A model generated the notes under the pieces. It was not told the origin of the DNA and made no database searches. It saw nothing but the letters and a program-made list of their open reading frames with translations. The position numbers and the translations under genes were made by a program. Shown one piece after another: positions 10,915 to 21,140 of a DNA stretch of 64,000 nt. The DNA comes from a bacterium (GTDB lineage: Bacteria; Patescibacteriota; Dojkabacteria; JAKAPS01; JAJZLI01): positions 7,459 to 71,458 of the forward strand of contig DAHXLB010000011.1 of assembly GCA_027371855.1 (NCBI GenBank), read 5' to 3'. Position 1 is the stretch's first letter. Each line of letters opens with the position of its first letter.

Positions 10915-11829
10915 TTATATCTTATTTATTATATACATTCCCCCGGTCATAAGGATATAGTATAGATTTGAATAATAAAAAGAGGGTGTCTTTTTATGAG
11001 GGAATTCATTTCTTAATTTTTCTATATCGTCATCAGATATTTTAAAATCCAGAGATTTTAAGTTTTCTTTTAAATGTTCTATATTTCTTGTTTTTGAGAT
11101 TGTTACTACATTATCTTGAGATACTAACCAATTTATTGCTATTTGTGAATATGTCTTATTATATTTTTTAACCATGGTATCTAGTATAGGTGTCTGATTT
11201 TTATTATATATCCCCTTATGAACTGGTGTATATGCAACAATCATTATGTCATTCTCCTTACAATATTTAAGAAGTCCATTGTCTTCTGGAAACCTAGATG
11301 TTAAATTATACAGAACTTGGTTTACAACAATCTTATTTTTGGTTTCACTTTGAGCTTTTTCTAATTTTTTTACGCTAAAATTGCTTACACCTATATTTCT
11401 TATAAGTCCATCACTTTTTAATTTATCCATAGCTCTCATCGTTTCCTTTATACTGATAAGAGGGTTGTAACTGTGAAGTAAATATAAATCCAAATATCCA
11501 CTATTCATTCTTTTAATACTTTCTGTTGCAGATTTTATAAGATTATTATATGAAAAATTTTCTGGTTTTACTTTAGAAGTTATAAATAATTTTTCTCTAT
11601 CATACCCCTTTATACTCTCACCAATTAATTCTTCTGCATGACCACGTGCATATAATTCGGCAGTATCTATATGTGTAACCCCCATATCTATTGCAGTTTT
11701 CAGTGCGATAATATCAGCTTTATCATACCCATGATTTATTTTTCCTGCATCTCCTCCTACATACCACGTACCTATGCCATATAAAGGTAGTTTAAATCCA
11801 TTTTTTAATGCTTTTGAAGGTATATCCAC
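10915..11829 (-). CDS. aldo/keto reductase
   Basis: IDTAELY, YLDLYLLH, IGVSNF. Confidence 0.92.
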   Translation of the reverse strand: MDIPSKALKNGFKLPLYGIGTWYVGGDAGKINHGYDKADIIALKTAIDMGVTHIDTAELYARGHAEELIGESIKGYDREKLFITSKVKPENFSYNNLIKSATESIKRMNSGYLDLYLLHSYNPLISIKETMRAMDKLKSDGLIRNIGVSNFSVKKLEKAQSETKNKIVVNQVLYNLTSRFPEDNGLLKYCKENDIMIVAYTPVHKGIYNKNQTPILDTMVKKYNKTYSQIAINWLVSQDNVVTISKTRNIEHLKENLKSLDFKISDDDIEKLRNEFPHKKTPSFYYSNLYYILMTGGMYIINKI

Positions 11830-11967
11830 GATACTTATTATACACTATTTTCTATTGTATATTGAATAAAACTAATCTATAAAAGTAAGGGAATCTTTAT
11901 TTTCTCTTCAATTTCTGGTATATTCAATACAGTTATACATAACTAATTATTTTATTTTTACAAAATT

Positions 11968-12129
11968 ATGAAAGTTACATGTTTAGAATGTCAAAATGAA
12001 TTTGATATTGAAAACGGTATTGGAGCTGGAGATACTATAGAATGTCCTTTTTGTGGTATTGAACTTGAATATAAAGGTAAGGATAAATCAGGTAAAGTAA
12101 AACTTGAAATTATAGAAGAGGAAAAATAA
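11968..12129 (+). CDS. 53-aa LysW-like zinc-ribbon protein
   Basis: Manual translation MKVTCLECQNEFDIENGIGAGDTIECPFCGIELEYKGKDKSGKVKLEIIEEEK; two CxxC with LysW-type spacing; below ORF-track cutoff. Confidence 0.8.
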   Translation: MKVTCLECQNEFDIENGIGAGDTIECPFCGIELEYKGKDKSGKVKLEIIEEEK

Positions 12130-12133
12130 AATT

Positions 12134-13132
12134 TTAGAAATCTCCTTTTAATATAATTTCTGGTGTTAATTTCAAGTTGAATTTTTTTAAAGCTTCTCCT
12201 TTTATTTTATCTATGATAGTTTTTACATCGCTAGCTTTTGCAAATCCTAGATTTACTATAAAATTAGCATGGTTTTTATATACTTCTGCTCCACCAATCT
12301 TAAAGCCCTTAAACCCTAATTGTTCAATCACCCATCCTGCCGAATTTACTGGTGCTCCAATTTCTTGTTTTTCTTCATCTGATATGTTTTTAAATACTGA
12401 TCCACAAGATGGGAGGGTAGGTTGAATTTTATGTTTTCTTTTAATCCACTCTTTTTGAATTGTTTTAGCTTTTTCTGTATCACCTTCAAACAATATCAAT
12501 TTTAAAGAAAGTAAAGTATATTGCTTTTGATGTAATACACTAGTGTCATATCCAAATTTAAAAAAATCATAATCAACTTCACTTACATTGCCTTCCATAT
12601 CTATAACTTTAGCTGAATGTAGAAGGTTACCTATAAGCCTAGTCCCTCCATGTATATTATTAAATATAGCACCCCCCAGTGTTCCAGGAATACCAGCAAA
12701 ATATTGTAATCCAGTTAACCCCTTAGAGATTGTATCATTTATTAGGTATGCAAGAGATAGTCCTGATGAAACTTCAACAAGTATCTTTTTATACTCAGAT
12801 TCATTATCTTCTAAGTCTTCAAATTGCATATATGAACCTTCTTTGTAAAAAGATTTTAAGTTTTTTATATCAAAATTATTAACATTTACATCTTCACGAA
12901 TAATTATTTCCTTTGTATTATTCTTTACTACTAAAGCTCTAATACCTTTATCTGATATTAATACATTACTACCACCTCCAATAATGTCAAAAGGTATATC
13001 ATTTGAATAGGCATATCTTACAAGATATTTTAAGTTTTCTTCTGTATATGCAGTCGCAAAAAAATCTGCAGGTCCGCCTATTTTATATGTTGTATATGGT
13101 TTTAGTTCTGTATTTTTTAATATATCAACCAT
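12134..13132 (-). CDS. murB: UDP-N-acetylmuramate dehydrogenase
   Basis: IGGPAD, GGGSNVL, GIPGTLGGA, GSVFKN, HANFIVN. Confidence 0.96.
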   Translation of the reverse strand: MVDILKNTELKPYTTYKIGGPADFFATAYTEENLKYLVRYAYSNDIPFDIIGGGSNVLISDKGIRALVVKNNTKEIIIREDVNVNNFDIKNLKSFYKEGSYMQFEDLEDNESEYKKILVEVSSGLSLAYLINDTISKGLTGLQYFAGIPGTLGGAIFNNIHGGTRLIGNLLHSAKVIDMEGNVSEVDYDFFKFGYDTSVLHQKQYTLLSLKLILFEGDTEKAKTIQKEWIKRKHKIQPTLPSCGSVFKNISDEEKQEIGAPVNSAGWVIEQLGFKGFKIGGAEVYKNHANFIVNLGFAKASDVKTIIDKIKGEALKKFNLKLTPEIILKGDF

Positions 13133-14222
13133 TGATATTTATATTTCTAATATTATCTTTGAAAATTTGTGCTGATTGTTCCCAAGAGAATTGTTTTAAT
13201 ACTTCCTGGGATTTTCTAATTAAATCTTTTTTATACCCAGTATCTTTCATAATTTTTTTTATACCTTCTTTTATTTTATTTTCAGAATTAGGGTCAACTA
13301 AAAGTGCTCCATCTCCTGATACTTCAGGTAATGATGTTTTGTTTGCTGCAATGACAGGGATTTTATAACTAAATGCTTCAAGGATTGGTAAACCAAACCC
13401 TTCATAATAGGATAAGAAAACAAAAAGGTTGGAGCTTTTATATAGTGTTGCTAACTCACTATCTGTAACTCTACCTATAAGGTGTACTTTATTTTGTTCT
13501 TTTAAATTATCAAATTTAGAAGATTGTACAGTTCTTGTGATATCACCTACTATAACAAGATGTTCTTTAACCTTGGATTTTATGAACGCTTTTATTAGTG
13601 TTTTATTATTTTTTCTCGCCTCTCCTCCTCCTATTGCAAGTATATATGGAAAATTGATTTTTAAATCTTTTAATATTTTATCTGTATTTTTAGGCGTTTC
13701 AAAAGGAGATATTGCATTTGGAACAACAAATATTTTATCACTTTTTATTTTGAGTTTTTTAACTATTTCATTTTTTGAAAAATTTGATACAGTGAATATT
13801 CTATCCCGTTTTTTTAATAACTTTAAAGATAAAATCTTAACTTTATATTTTACCTTATCATACAATCTGTCATAATAATTATTAATGGAAAGAGGTATTA
13901 AATCTTGTATTGATACAATAGTAGTGCCTTTGAAAAATAAAGGATAAACCATATTTTCTACAGAGAAAAATATATCTATTGATAGTCTGTTTAAAATTCT
14001 TGGGAGTATAAATAGTTGCCATATATATGTAAACCTTTGATTACTGACTCTTCCTATATCATACTTTTCTACATCAAGATCTGGGAAAGGGTCTTTGTTA
14101 TGGAATAGAACAATATAATGATTATCTTTGTCATCTTTAATTAGGTTATAGAAAAGTCCGTATGTAACCCTTCCTGTTCCTGTGTCTATATTTGCAAGCC
14201 TTGCATCTAATGCTATTCTCAT
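13125..14222 (-). CDS. glycosyltransferase family 4
   Basis: EGFGLPILEA motif. Confidence 0.92.
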   Translation of the reverse strand: MRIALDARLANIDTGTGRVTYGLFYNLIKDDKDNHYIVLFHNKDPFPDLDVEKYDIGRVSNQRFTYIWQLFILPRILNRLSIDIFFSVENMVYPLFFKGTTIVSIQDLIPLSINNYYDRLYDKVKYKVKILSLKLLKKRDRIFTVSNFSKNEIVKKLKIKSDKIFVVPNAISPFETPKNTDKILKDLKINFPYILAIGGGEARKNNKTLIKAFIKSKVKEHLVIVGDITRTVQSSKFDNLKEQNKVHLIGRVTDSELATLYKSSNLFVFLSYYEGFGLPILEAFSYKIPVIAANKTSLPEVSGDGALLVDPNSENKIKEGIKKIMKDTGYKKDLIRKSQEVLKQFSWEQSAQIFKDNIRNINING

Positions 14223-14223
14223 T

Positions 14224-15333
14224 TCAGTGTATAATTTTAATTAATTCTTTAACTATTTTTTTTCTTGAATTTATATCTTTAAGTTTTAACATACTATTTT
14301 TTATATTATCCATTTCTCTTGTGTTATTACTTAATTTCTCTATAATTTCTAAGTAATTTTGTTCTGCTATTATACCTATTTTTTCCTTTTTGATATATTT
14401 TATATTCCCCTTTTCTTGGCCGTTTATAAATTCTATAACAATAGGAATTACACCTTTAGATATTAATTCTTGTAAAGTTATGGCTCCTGCTTTTGATATT
14501 GCAAAGTCTGATATTGACATTAATTCATACATATTATCTACAAACCCTAAATTTATAACTTTTATTTGTTTTTTCATTTTATCTATCGATTCTTTTGATT
14601 TTTGGTTTTCTCCATTTACTACAATTATTTGATATCTATTATATAGGTGATTAAATTTTTCAACAATTTTTTTTGCTTTAATTGTCCCAAATCCTCCAGA
14701 AGTTATAAGAATAGTTTTTTTATCTTTAGAAAGATTGTATTTTTTATATATGTTACTTTTATTTATTCGAGCAGAAAATCTTGGATCTATTGGAATAGCA
14801 TATGTTTTAACGTCTGATATTTTATGTCTCAAACATTCCTTCTCTACATATTTATTAGGGGCTATATGTAAGGTTGAATGCCTATCAAACCAGCTTTGAT
14901 AAACATTGAATAAGTCAGTAATTAGTATTACAAATGGTATAATTTTTTTATTCAAAGTTCTTGATATTATATGATTTAATAGAGGGTGAACTGAAATAAC
15001 AATATCAGGGTTATATTCTTCTATAAGTTTAGTTATCTTATTTCTAGTCTGTATTTTTAGTAAAGCAAATACAGGGAAGAATCTTTTTTCACTATCTGTG
15101 GCATAATATCCAGCAGAATAAAGAGAAGGGGCATGTCTTATTAATCCAGAATAAGAATGGATTGTTTTTTTAAGTATTTTTGCTGAATAATTCTCAAAAA
15201 AATCTATAATGATTACATTATATTTATTTGGATATTCAATATCGAAAGTTTCTTTTAAACTTTTTGCAATACTTATATGTCCATTCCCTGTTGTTGTTGA
15301 AGTTAGTATTAGTATAGTTTTTTTCAATTTCAT
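14224..15333 (-). CDS. MGDG synthase/UgtP-like glycosyltransferase (GT28)
   Basis: GNGH, SVHP, ITD, SKAGAITLQE, GQEKGN. Confidence 0.85.
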   Translation of the reverse strand: MKLKKTILILTSTTTGNGHISIAKSLKETFDIEYPNKYNVIIIDFFENYSAKILKKTIHSYSGLIRHAPSLYSAGYYATDSEKRFFPVFALLKIQTRNKITKLIEEYNPDIVISVHPLLNHIISRTLNKKIIPFVILITDLFNVYQSWFDRHSTLHIAPNKYVEKECLRHKISDVKTYAIPIDPRFSARINKSNIYKKYNLSKDKKTILITSGGFGTIKAKKIVEKFNHLYNRYQIIVVNGENQKSKESIDKMKKQIKVINLGFVDNMYELMSISDFAISKAGAITLQELISKGVIPIVIEFINGQEKGNIKYIKKEKIGIIAEQNYLEIIEKLSNNTREMDNIKNSMLKLKDINSRKKIVKELIKIIH

Positions 15334-16388
15334 AATTGTTTTCTGATGATTTCTATAATCTTATCTATAGCAGGGGTTTTTGTATCAACCAAATTTAAAT
15401 TTAATTTTATTTTATTGTTAATTATATTATATATGGTTTTATCTAGATCATCTAAATCATCAACAAGTACACAAGCATTATTCTCCATAAAATAGTTTAT
15501 ATTCCCCTTTTCTTGGCCAGTAGTTTTTTTATATAAAACAATAGGTATTTTTGATACAGCAAACTCAGTTAATGATATGCCTCCAGCTTTAGATATTACA
15601 ATATCACTTTGATCTATATAATATTTTATCTTATTAGTATATCGTATTGTTACTACATGATTCATTTTTAATTTTTCTACTTTATCTCTCAATACTTTAT
15701 TACTTCCTGCTATAAATATTATATTGTAATGAATGGAGAGTCTTTTTAGAATTTTTATAGGAGAATGAAAAACACCATCTCCTCCTCCCATCATAAGAAT
15801 TGTTTTTTTTAGAGGATCTATGTTTTTCATATGTATTCTCTTTTTTTTATTATAAAATTCTTTTCCTATAGGTATACCTGTTACATATATTTTATTTTCA
15901 CTAAAACCATATTCTAATAGTTTATTTTTTATGTTTAATGTTGCAACAAAATATCCATCAATATGTTTGTTAAACCACTCTTTGTGTATTTCTCCATAAT
16001 CTGTAGTTATGGTATATTTAGCTTTACATTTTATATTTGAAAGTCCAACTGTGGCATTTGGAAACAAAGATATAAAAATTGTATTTGTAATATCCCCTTT
16101 TAGTTTCTTCTTAATAGCTCTTAATGCTATTCTGTCAAATAAATTTCTTGTCTTTAAATCCGTAAGGTATCGGTACCTAATATCATATAGTGTAGGGAGA
16201 AACTCTCTAGTTAAGTTATACATAGAGGTTGCAATAAGCTCTATATTTTTACCATAGAGCTTCATATAATCTATAATTTCACAATTAAGGTCAAGATTTT
16301 TATTAATTTCTTCTTTGAGGTTTCTTGCTATTATATTATGACCTTTTCCAAAACTTGCTGTTAAAAGAATTACTCTTGTTTTAGTCAT
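15330..16388 (-). CDS. MGDG synthase/UgtP-like glycosyltransferase (GT28)
   Basis: ASFGKGH, TTDYG, TGIPI, SKAGGISLTE, GQEKGN. Confidence 0.85.
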   Translation of the reverse strand: MTKTRVILLTASFGKGHNIIARNLKEEINKNLDLNCEIIDYMKLYGKNIELIATSMYNLTREFLPTLYDIRYRYLTDLKTRNLFDRIALRAIKKKLKGDITNTIFISLFPNATVGLSNIKCKAKYTITTDYGEIHKEWFNKHIDGYFVATLNIKNKLLEYGFSENKIYVTGIPIGKEFYNKKKRIHMKNIDPLKKTILMMGGGDGVFHSPIKILKRLSIHYNIIFIAGSNKVLRDKVEKLKMNHVVTIRYTNKIKYYIDQSDIVISKAGGISLTEFAVSKIPIVLYKKTTGQEKGNINYFMENNACVLVDDLDDLDKTIYNIINNKIKLNLNLVDTKTPAIDKIIEIIRKQL

Positions 16389-16393
16389 AATAT

Positions 16394-17509
16394 TTACTTT
16401 AATTTATTAAACTCAGATACTAATGTTTTAGCAGTGTTACTCCAATTAAATTCTTTCAATCTAATAATTCCTTTTTCCACTAATTCTTTTTGTTTTCCTT
16501 CGTCTCTTATAAGCTTAAATATTGCATCTTCTAATTCTTCTTTTTTATATGGGTTTATTAGTATTGCTGCATCTCCTGTTACTTCTGGTATAGATGATAT
16601 ATTTGATGTAATAACTGGAGTTTTATGTTTGAAAGCTTCAATAGGAGGAAGTCCAAATCCCTCATATAAGGATGGATATACAAATATTGTAGCACTAGAA
16701 TATAATGCTGCAAGCTCATGATCTTTTACTTCTCCTATAAAATGTATTCTCTCATTGAGTGATTCTGGAATTGTAACCATACTTGCTGGAATTATACTAG
16801 ATTCTCTATTTCCAACAATAATGAGAGAATGTTTTAAATCAGCATTTTTTTGCATTAAAGATACAAATGCTTCTATAAGAACTTTGTTATTTTTTCGAAC
16901 CTCCATACCTCCTATCCCTAATATATATGGTTTTTCAACACCTAAAGCACGCAAAGTTTCTCTTGTAGATTTTATCTCAGTTATTCTATTATCAACTCCC
17001 TCTGTTATTATAAATATTTTATCTCTTGATATTTTCAATAATCTTTCTATTTCTTGTAGTGAAAATTCTGATATAGTCATTATTCTTTCAGGTTCGTTGA
17101 TTTTTGAAAGTAATACTCTAAGTTTATATTTTATATGTGACTTTTTACTCTTTAAATATTCGGAAAAAACCATTGGTATTAAATCTTGTATTGTCATTAT
17201 AGTTTTACCTCTATAAAAGAATGGAACTATAATAAAATTATTTGGTGAGAAAAAAATCTCAATCTTCTCTTTATTTAGGATATATGGGAGATATAATATT
17301 TGCCATAATATTTTCCTCTTTGTGGCATTTTTAAATGTTATTTTTTTTATATTTTGGTATTTAATATCAGGAAATGGATCTATACTATCAGTCAAAACTA
17401 CATAGAAGTTTTCTCTATCGAGTTTTAATATTTCAGATATTAGAGAGTACGTAAGTCTTCCTATCCCTGTTTTTGTGTTTGCAAATCTTGCATCAACGGC
17501 AATCCTCAT
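16394..17509 (-). CDS. glycosyltransferase family 4
   Basis: YPSLYEGFGLPPIEA; paralogue of 13125..14222. Confidence 0.92.
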   Translation of the reverse strand: MRIAVDARFANTKTGIGRLTYSLISEILKLDRENFYVVLTDSIDPFPDIKYQNIKKITFKNATKRKILWQILYLPYILNKEKIEIFFSPNNFIIVPFFYRGKTIMTIQDLIPMVFSEYLKSKKSHIKYKLRVLLSKINEPERIMTISEFSLQEIERLLKISRDKIFIITEGVDNRITEIKSTRETLRALGVEKPYILGIGGMEVRKNNKVLIEAFVSLMQKNADLKHSLIIVGNRESSIIPASMVTIPESLNERIHFIGEVKDHELAALYSSATIFVYPSLYEGFGLPPIEAFKHKTPVITSNISSIPEVTGDAAILINPYKKEELEDAIFKLIRDEGKQKELVEKGIIRLKEFNWSNTAKTLVSEFNKLK

Positions 17510-17514
17510 ATATT

Positions 17515-18981
17515 TTATGTAGATCCAGGCCCGACGGGGCCAGATTCGATGGGTCCTGAACCACCAGATCTAGATCTAAATCTTAAATTATCTTTTATGA
17601 ACTCTATACTTATTCCTTTGATTAAGACAAGTATAGCAAAGTATACAATAATTCCAATCGCTGATAAAGCTAATACATTTAGTGATGATAAGAATATGAA
17701 TACCAATGATGATAATCCCGCCGCAATTAATGGACGTAGAATATATCTTAGTATGCGTATATCAAAATCCTTTTTAAATAATAGATAAGCATATACTCCT
17801 ATGAACAATTCCGTAAATACTGCAGCTGCAGCTGCTCCTGATGCTGCAAATCTTGGTATTAAAATGAAATTTAAGGCTATATTTATTATCATGGATAAAA
17901 ATAAACCTTTAAGTAATGTTTTTTGTTTATCTACAGCTCCAAAAGCGTTACCTATAAGTGCATTTACAAATATTAATCCAGTTGATATAGATAAAAATTG
18001 AAGAGGTAGGACTGAGTTTATATACCTGTGTCCAAATACAAGTAATATAAGGCCACGAGATAAAAACATCATCTCAAGTACAAATATAAATGAAAGGATA
18101 ACCATTAATTTTATAGCATTATTCAAAAGTTCCAAGAATGCTTTTTTATTAGTTTTAAATAATGCAGAGAATGATGGGAATAGCACGCCTATTAGTATTC
18201 CTATTATAGATGTAATAACACCTGTTGTGGAGCGTGCAATTCCATAATACCCAACCTGTATTATTGGTTTAATACTTCCTAGGATAACTTGATCTATTGA
18301 AAAATATATAGTTACAACAATTGATGATAGTCCATAAGGCCATATCTCAAGTAGCATATATTTCCAGAATGCTGTATCAATACGTATACTGAATTTAGAA
18401 AATCTTTGTCTAATTATTTTGATTGCAAGAGTGAACCCTATTAGTGAGGTTATTGCAAATATAACTGTATAAAGAAGAAGACTGTTATAATAGAATAATG
18501 CTATAAAACCAAATATTAAAAGTATAGATTTTTCAAATATTATTGTATATGCTTCATATATCATCTGGTTATGTGATCTAAAAATTCCCCTAACCAAATA
18601 ATTAAATCCAGAGATAATATTATACAAACCTAAAAATAACATTATTAGCTCTATATCATGATATTGTCTTACGAAAAAGGACGTTATAATTATAAGAGAA
18701 AGTATTATTACTCCTATTATTATCTTCAAGAAGACAAGGTTATCTAAGTATTTTTTTGTTAGGGTTAGGTCTCTAGCAACATCTCTTATTAAAACTGTAG
18801 ACATACCAAAATCTACAAAAATTCCAAATATTGCAATAATTGATGTAGCATAGTTGTATATACCGTTATAGGTAGGCCCTAGGTGTCTTGCCAGTACTAT
18901 ATTAAGTATTAAGCTTGCGAAAATAGTAAGGACTTGTGCTGTTAAAAGCCAGAATGTGTTTTTTCTAAGATTTTGTATCAT
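17515..18981 (-). CDS. polysaccharide flippase (Wzx/MOP family)
   Basis: LARHLGP, DFGM, NIALNFILIP...GAAAA; many TM segments; start placed at MIQNLRKN (18981). Confidence 0.88.
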   Translation of the reverse strand: MIQNLRKNTFWLLTAQVLTIFASLILNIVLARHLGPTYNGIYNYATSIIAIFGIFVDFGMSTVLIRDVARDLTLTKKYLDNLVFLKIIIGVIILSLIIITSFFVRQYHDIELIMLFLGLYNIISGFNYLVRGIFRSHNQMIYEAYTIIFEKSILLIFGFIALFYYNSLLLYTVIFAITSLIGFTLAIKIIRQRFSKFSIRIDTAFWKYMLLEIWPYGLSSIVVTIYFSIDQVILGSIKPIIQVGYYGIARSTTGVITSIIGILIGVLFPSFSALFKTNKKAFLELLNNAIKLMVILSFIFVLEMMFLSRGLILLVFGHRYINSVLPLQFLSISTGLIFVNALIGNAFGAVDKQKTLLKGLFLSMIINIALNFILIPRFAASGAAAAAVFTELFIGVYAYLLFKKDFDIRILRYILRPLIAAGLSSLVFIFLSSLNVLALSAIGIIVYFAILVLIKGISIEFIKDNLRFRSRSGGSGPIESGPVGPGST

Positions 18982-20551
18982 GCCTAGACTCTTTGGATCC
19001 AGATCCTTTGGCCTTAGGTCCCTGGGATCCAGATTCATTAATGATGTGGTAAGATATTAAATAGACCAACATTAAAACTAACCATATCTGAAGTATATAC
19101 AGTGTGGAAAATGTTAGGTATTGTAAAAGAATACCTACAAGTGCTGCAATGGATGATACCAAAGTTATTCTTAAAAATTTATTATCTAAATCTGTTTTGC
19201 TATTTTTCATCATTGATGCCTTAACACCTTTATAGAGGATAAGGATTATTAAAGATATGAATGTTATAAACCCTAATATTCCTGTTTCTGCAAGAATTTC
19301 TAAATATTCATTATTTACTATAGCCCAACCATAACCTTCAAATTGTCCATATAAAGCTGGAGGCATCACATAAGGATTTATTGACATGTAAGGGCCAAAA
19401 CCTCCTACTCCAATACCTAATATTGGATGAGTTGCGAATGCTTGCGTTGCATTATTATCTAGGAATACTCTATCAGGAGATGAAAGGTTTTCAGCCCTTT
19501 GTGCTAGTTTTGTAGCAAAGTGTGGAAGCTTATGAACAGATTGTAGTATAAAAAACATTGATACTAAAATTACAAAAGCAAGTATTATTGTAACTATAAT
19601 TTTCTTATTTATATTATATATATATGCTAAAAATCCTAATAATACTATTATAGCAAGGATTTCACCAATCCAAGCTCCTCTTGCATATGTAAGTATTAAA
19701 TTAATTCCTCCAAGAAGAAAAGCTATTATAGATAAAATAAACAAATATTTTGATATCATTGTATCTTTCAAATTTTTAATCTTTGATAATAGTCCGTATT
19801 CTTTTATATATGTGATTATGTACCCTAGAGCTAATGTTATTGAAAAAATCAAATAGGTTCCATAGTATAAAGGTTCAACTTCTGTTGCCTGTATTCTAGG
19901 GTATCCTAGGACGTCTTTTACATAGGGTGCTGATAACCCTACTACAGATCCTGGTAAGTTAAAAATCAAATTACCAAAATATTGAAAGAGTCCAAAAATT
20001 GATAATAATATTGTTACGGAGAATATTATATATGGTATATATTTTACATATTTAATATTAAAAAAATTAAATGGAACTAAGAAATAGACTATATATGTAA
20101 TAAATGTAAATAATAAGATTTCAATCTCTCTTGACATATTTACTGCATTTATTAAAGATAATATATTTACTGCAATTAGTATTAGTATTACTATAAAAAC
20201 GGGGTCTTTTTTTATCCTAAATCTCTTTAGAATTAATGCAGAAATCAAAAAAACAAAGACAGCTATACCTATTATCAACTGATCAAAACGTATGTGAATA
20301 GAATGATAATAAAATCCTCCTATCCTCTCAAAAGGCATGAGTGCGAAAGCCATCAATATACCTAAATTGGGGTTTTGCAATGTAGCTGATATAGCTGAAA
20401 AGAAAAAGAATATTAATATAAATATAAATGGCAATACTGTAAGAGGTAATATAAATATTTTATATGATAATAAAAGAGTTAAAATATCTATTAATAAAAA
20501 TATAGATAGAATTTTATAATTTGGATATATATACTTTATTACACTCTTCAT
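18965..20551 (-). CDS. O-antigen ligase/polymerase family (Wzy_C)
   Basis: TYARGAW, HPILGIGVGGF, VNNEYLEILAETGILG. Confidence 0.85.
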   Translation of the reverse strand: MKSVIKYIYPNYKILSIFLLIDILTLLLSYKIFILPLTVLPFIFILIFFFFSAISATLQNPNLGILMAFALMPFERIGGFYYHSIHIRFDQLIIGIAVFVFLISALILKRFRIKKDPVFIVILILIAVNILSLINAVNMSREIEILLFTFITYIVYFLVPFNFFNIKYVKYIPYIIFSVTILLSIFGLFQYFGNLIFNLPGSVVGLSAPYVKDVLGYPRIQATEVEPLYYGTYLIFSITLALGYIITYIKEYGLLSKIKNLKDTMISKYLFILSIIAFLLGGINLILTYARGAWIGEILAIIVLLGFLAYIYNINKKIIVTIILAFVILVSMFFILQSVHKLPHFATKLAQRAENLSSPDRVFLDNNATQAFATHPILGIGVGGFGPYMSINPYVMPPALYGQFEGYGWAIVNNEYLEILAETGILGFITFISLIILILYKGVKASMMKNSKTDLDNKFLRITLVSSIAALVGILLQYLTFSTLYILQIWLVLMLVYLISYHIINESGSQGPKAKGSGSKESRHDTKS

Positions 20552-21084
20552 TTTATAACATTAAATTTTTTAAATTCATTCTGGTATTTAAGATATTCTA
20601 CTCTAAAATCATGTATAATTGTTTTAGTAGTTCCATGTTTCATCCACTCAATAAGCTCTTCAACCTTATTGTACTTTCCCTCTATTTTAGCATCAATTGT
20701 ACCATCATCATTGTTTTTTATCCAACCAGTAATGCCTAACTCATCTGCGAATCTTTTTGTGGATGTATCATATGAAACATTCTGTATAATGCCAGATATA
20801 AATATATACACTTTCAATTTTACATCTTCAAAATGATCAGTTATGTACAGATTTTTAACCTTACCATCATAAGGAAGTTCTTTTATAACTATATTTCTTT
20901 CTCTCTTGAGGAATGTTCTTTTCTGTAATATTTTTACTAAACTATCTATATTCTTTTTATTTCCTTCTAATATGCAAAAATCTTTAGAGGACTTTATATA
21001 TCCATACAAATCTTTGTTTTTTGCATATTTTGTAATGTGAGAGATATTTAAATTTCCAGAAATTTCAGCCTTTATGTTTTTCAC
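20548..21084 (-). CDS. acylphosphatase-fold protein, two degenerate domains
   Basis: C-terminal half ISGIIQNV...ADELGITGWIKNNDDGTI; N-terminal half shows weaker same pattern. Confidence 0.65.
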   Translation of the reverse strand: MKNIKAEISGNLNISHITKYAKNKDLYGYIKSSKDFCILEGNKKNIDSLVKILQKRTFLKRERNIVIKELPYDGKVKNLYITDHFEDVKLKVYIFISGIIQNVSYDTSTKRFADELGITGWIKNNDDGTIDAKIEGKYNKVEELIEWMKHGTTKTIIHDFRVEYLKYQNEFKKFNVIK

Positions 21085-21104
21085 AGTATGACAATAAAAT
21101 AAAT

Positions 21105-21132
21105 AGTAGAATTATATATAAATAATTCTACT
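21105..21132 (-). terminator. inverted repeat, candidate terminator of Cys-rich micro-gene
   Basis: AGTAGAATTAT-N6-ATAATTCTACT, followed by T-rich run on minus strand; AT-rich stem. Confidence 0.45.
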
Positions 21133-21140
21133 TATTAGTG

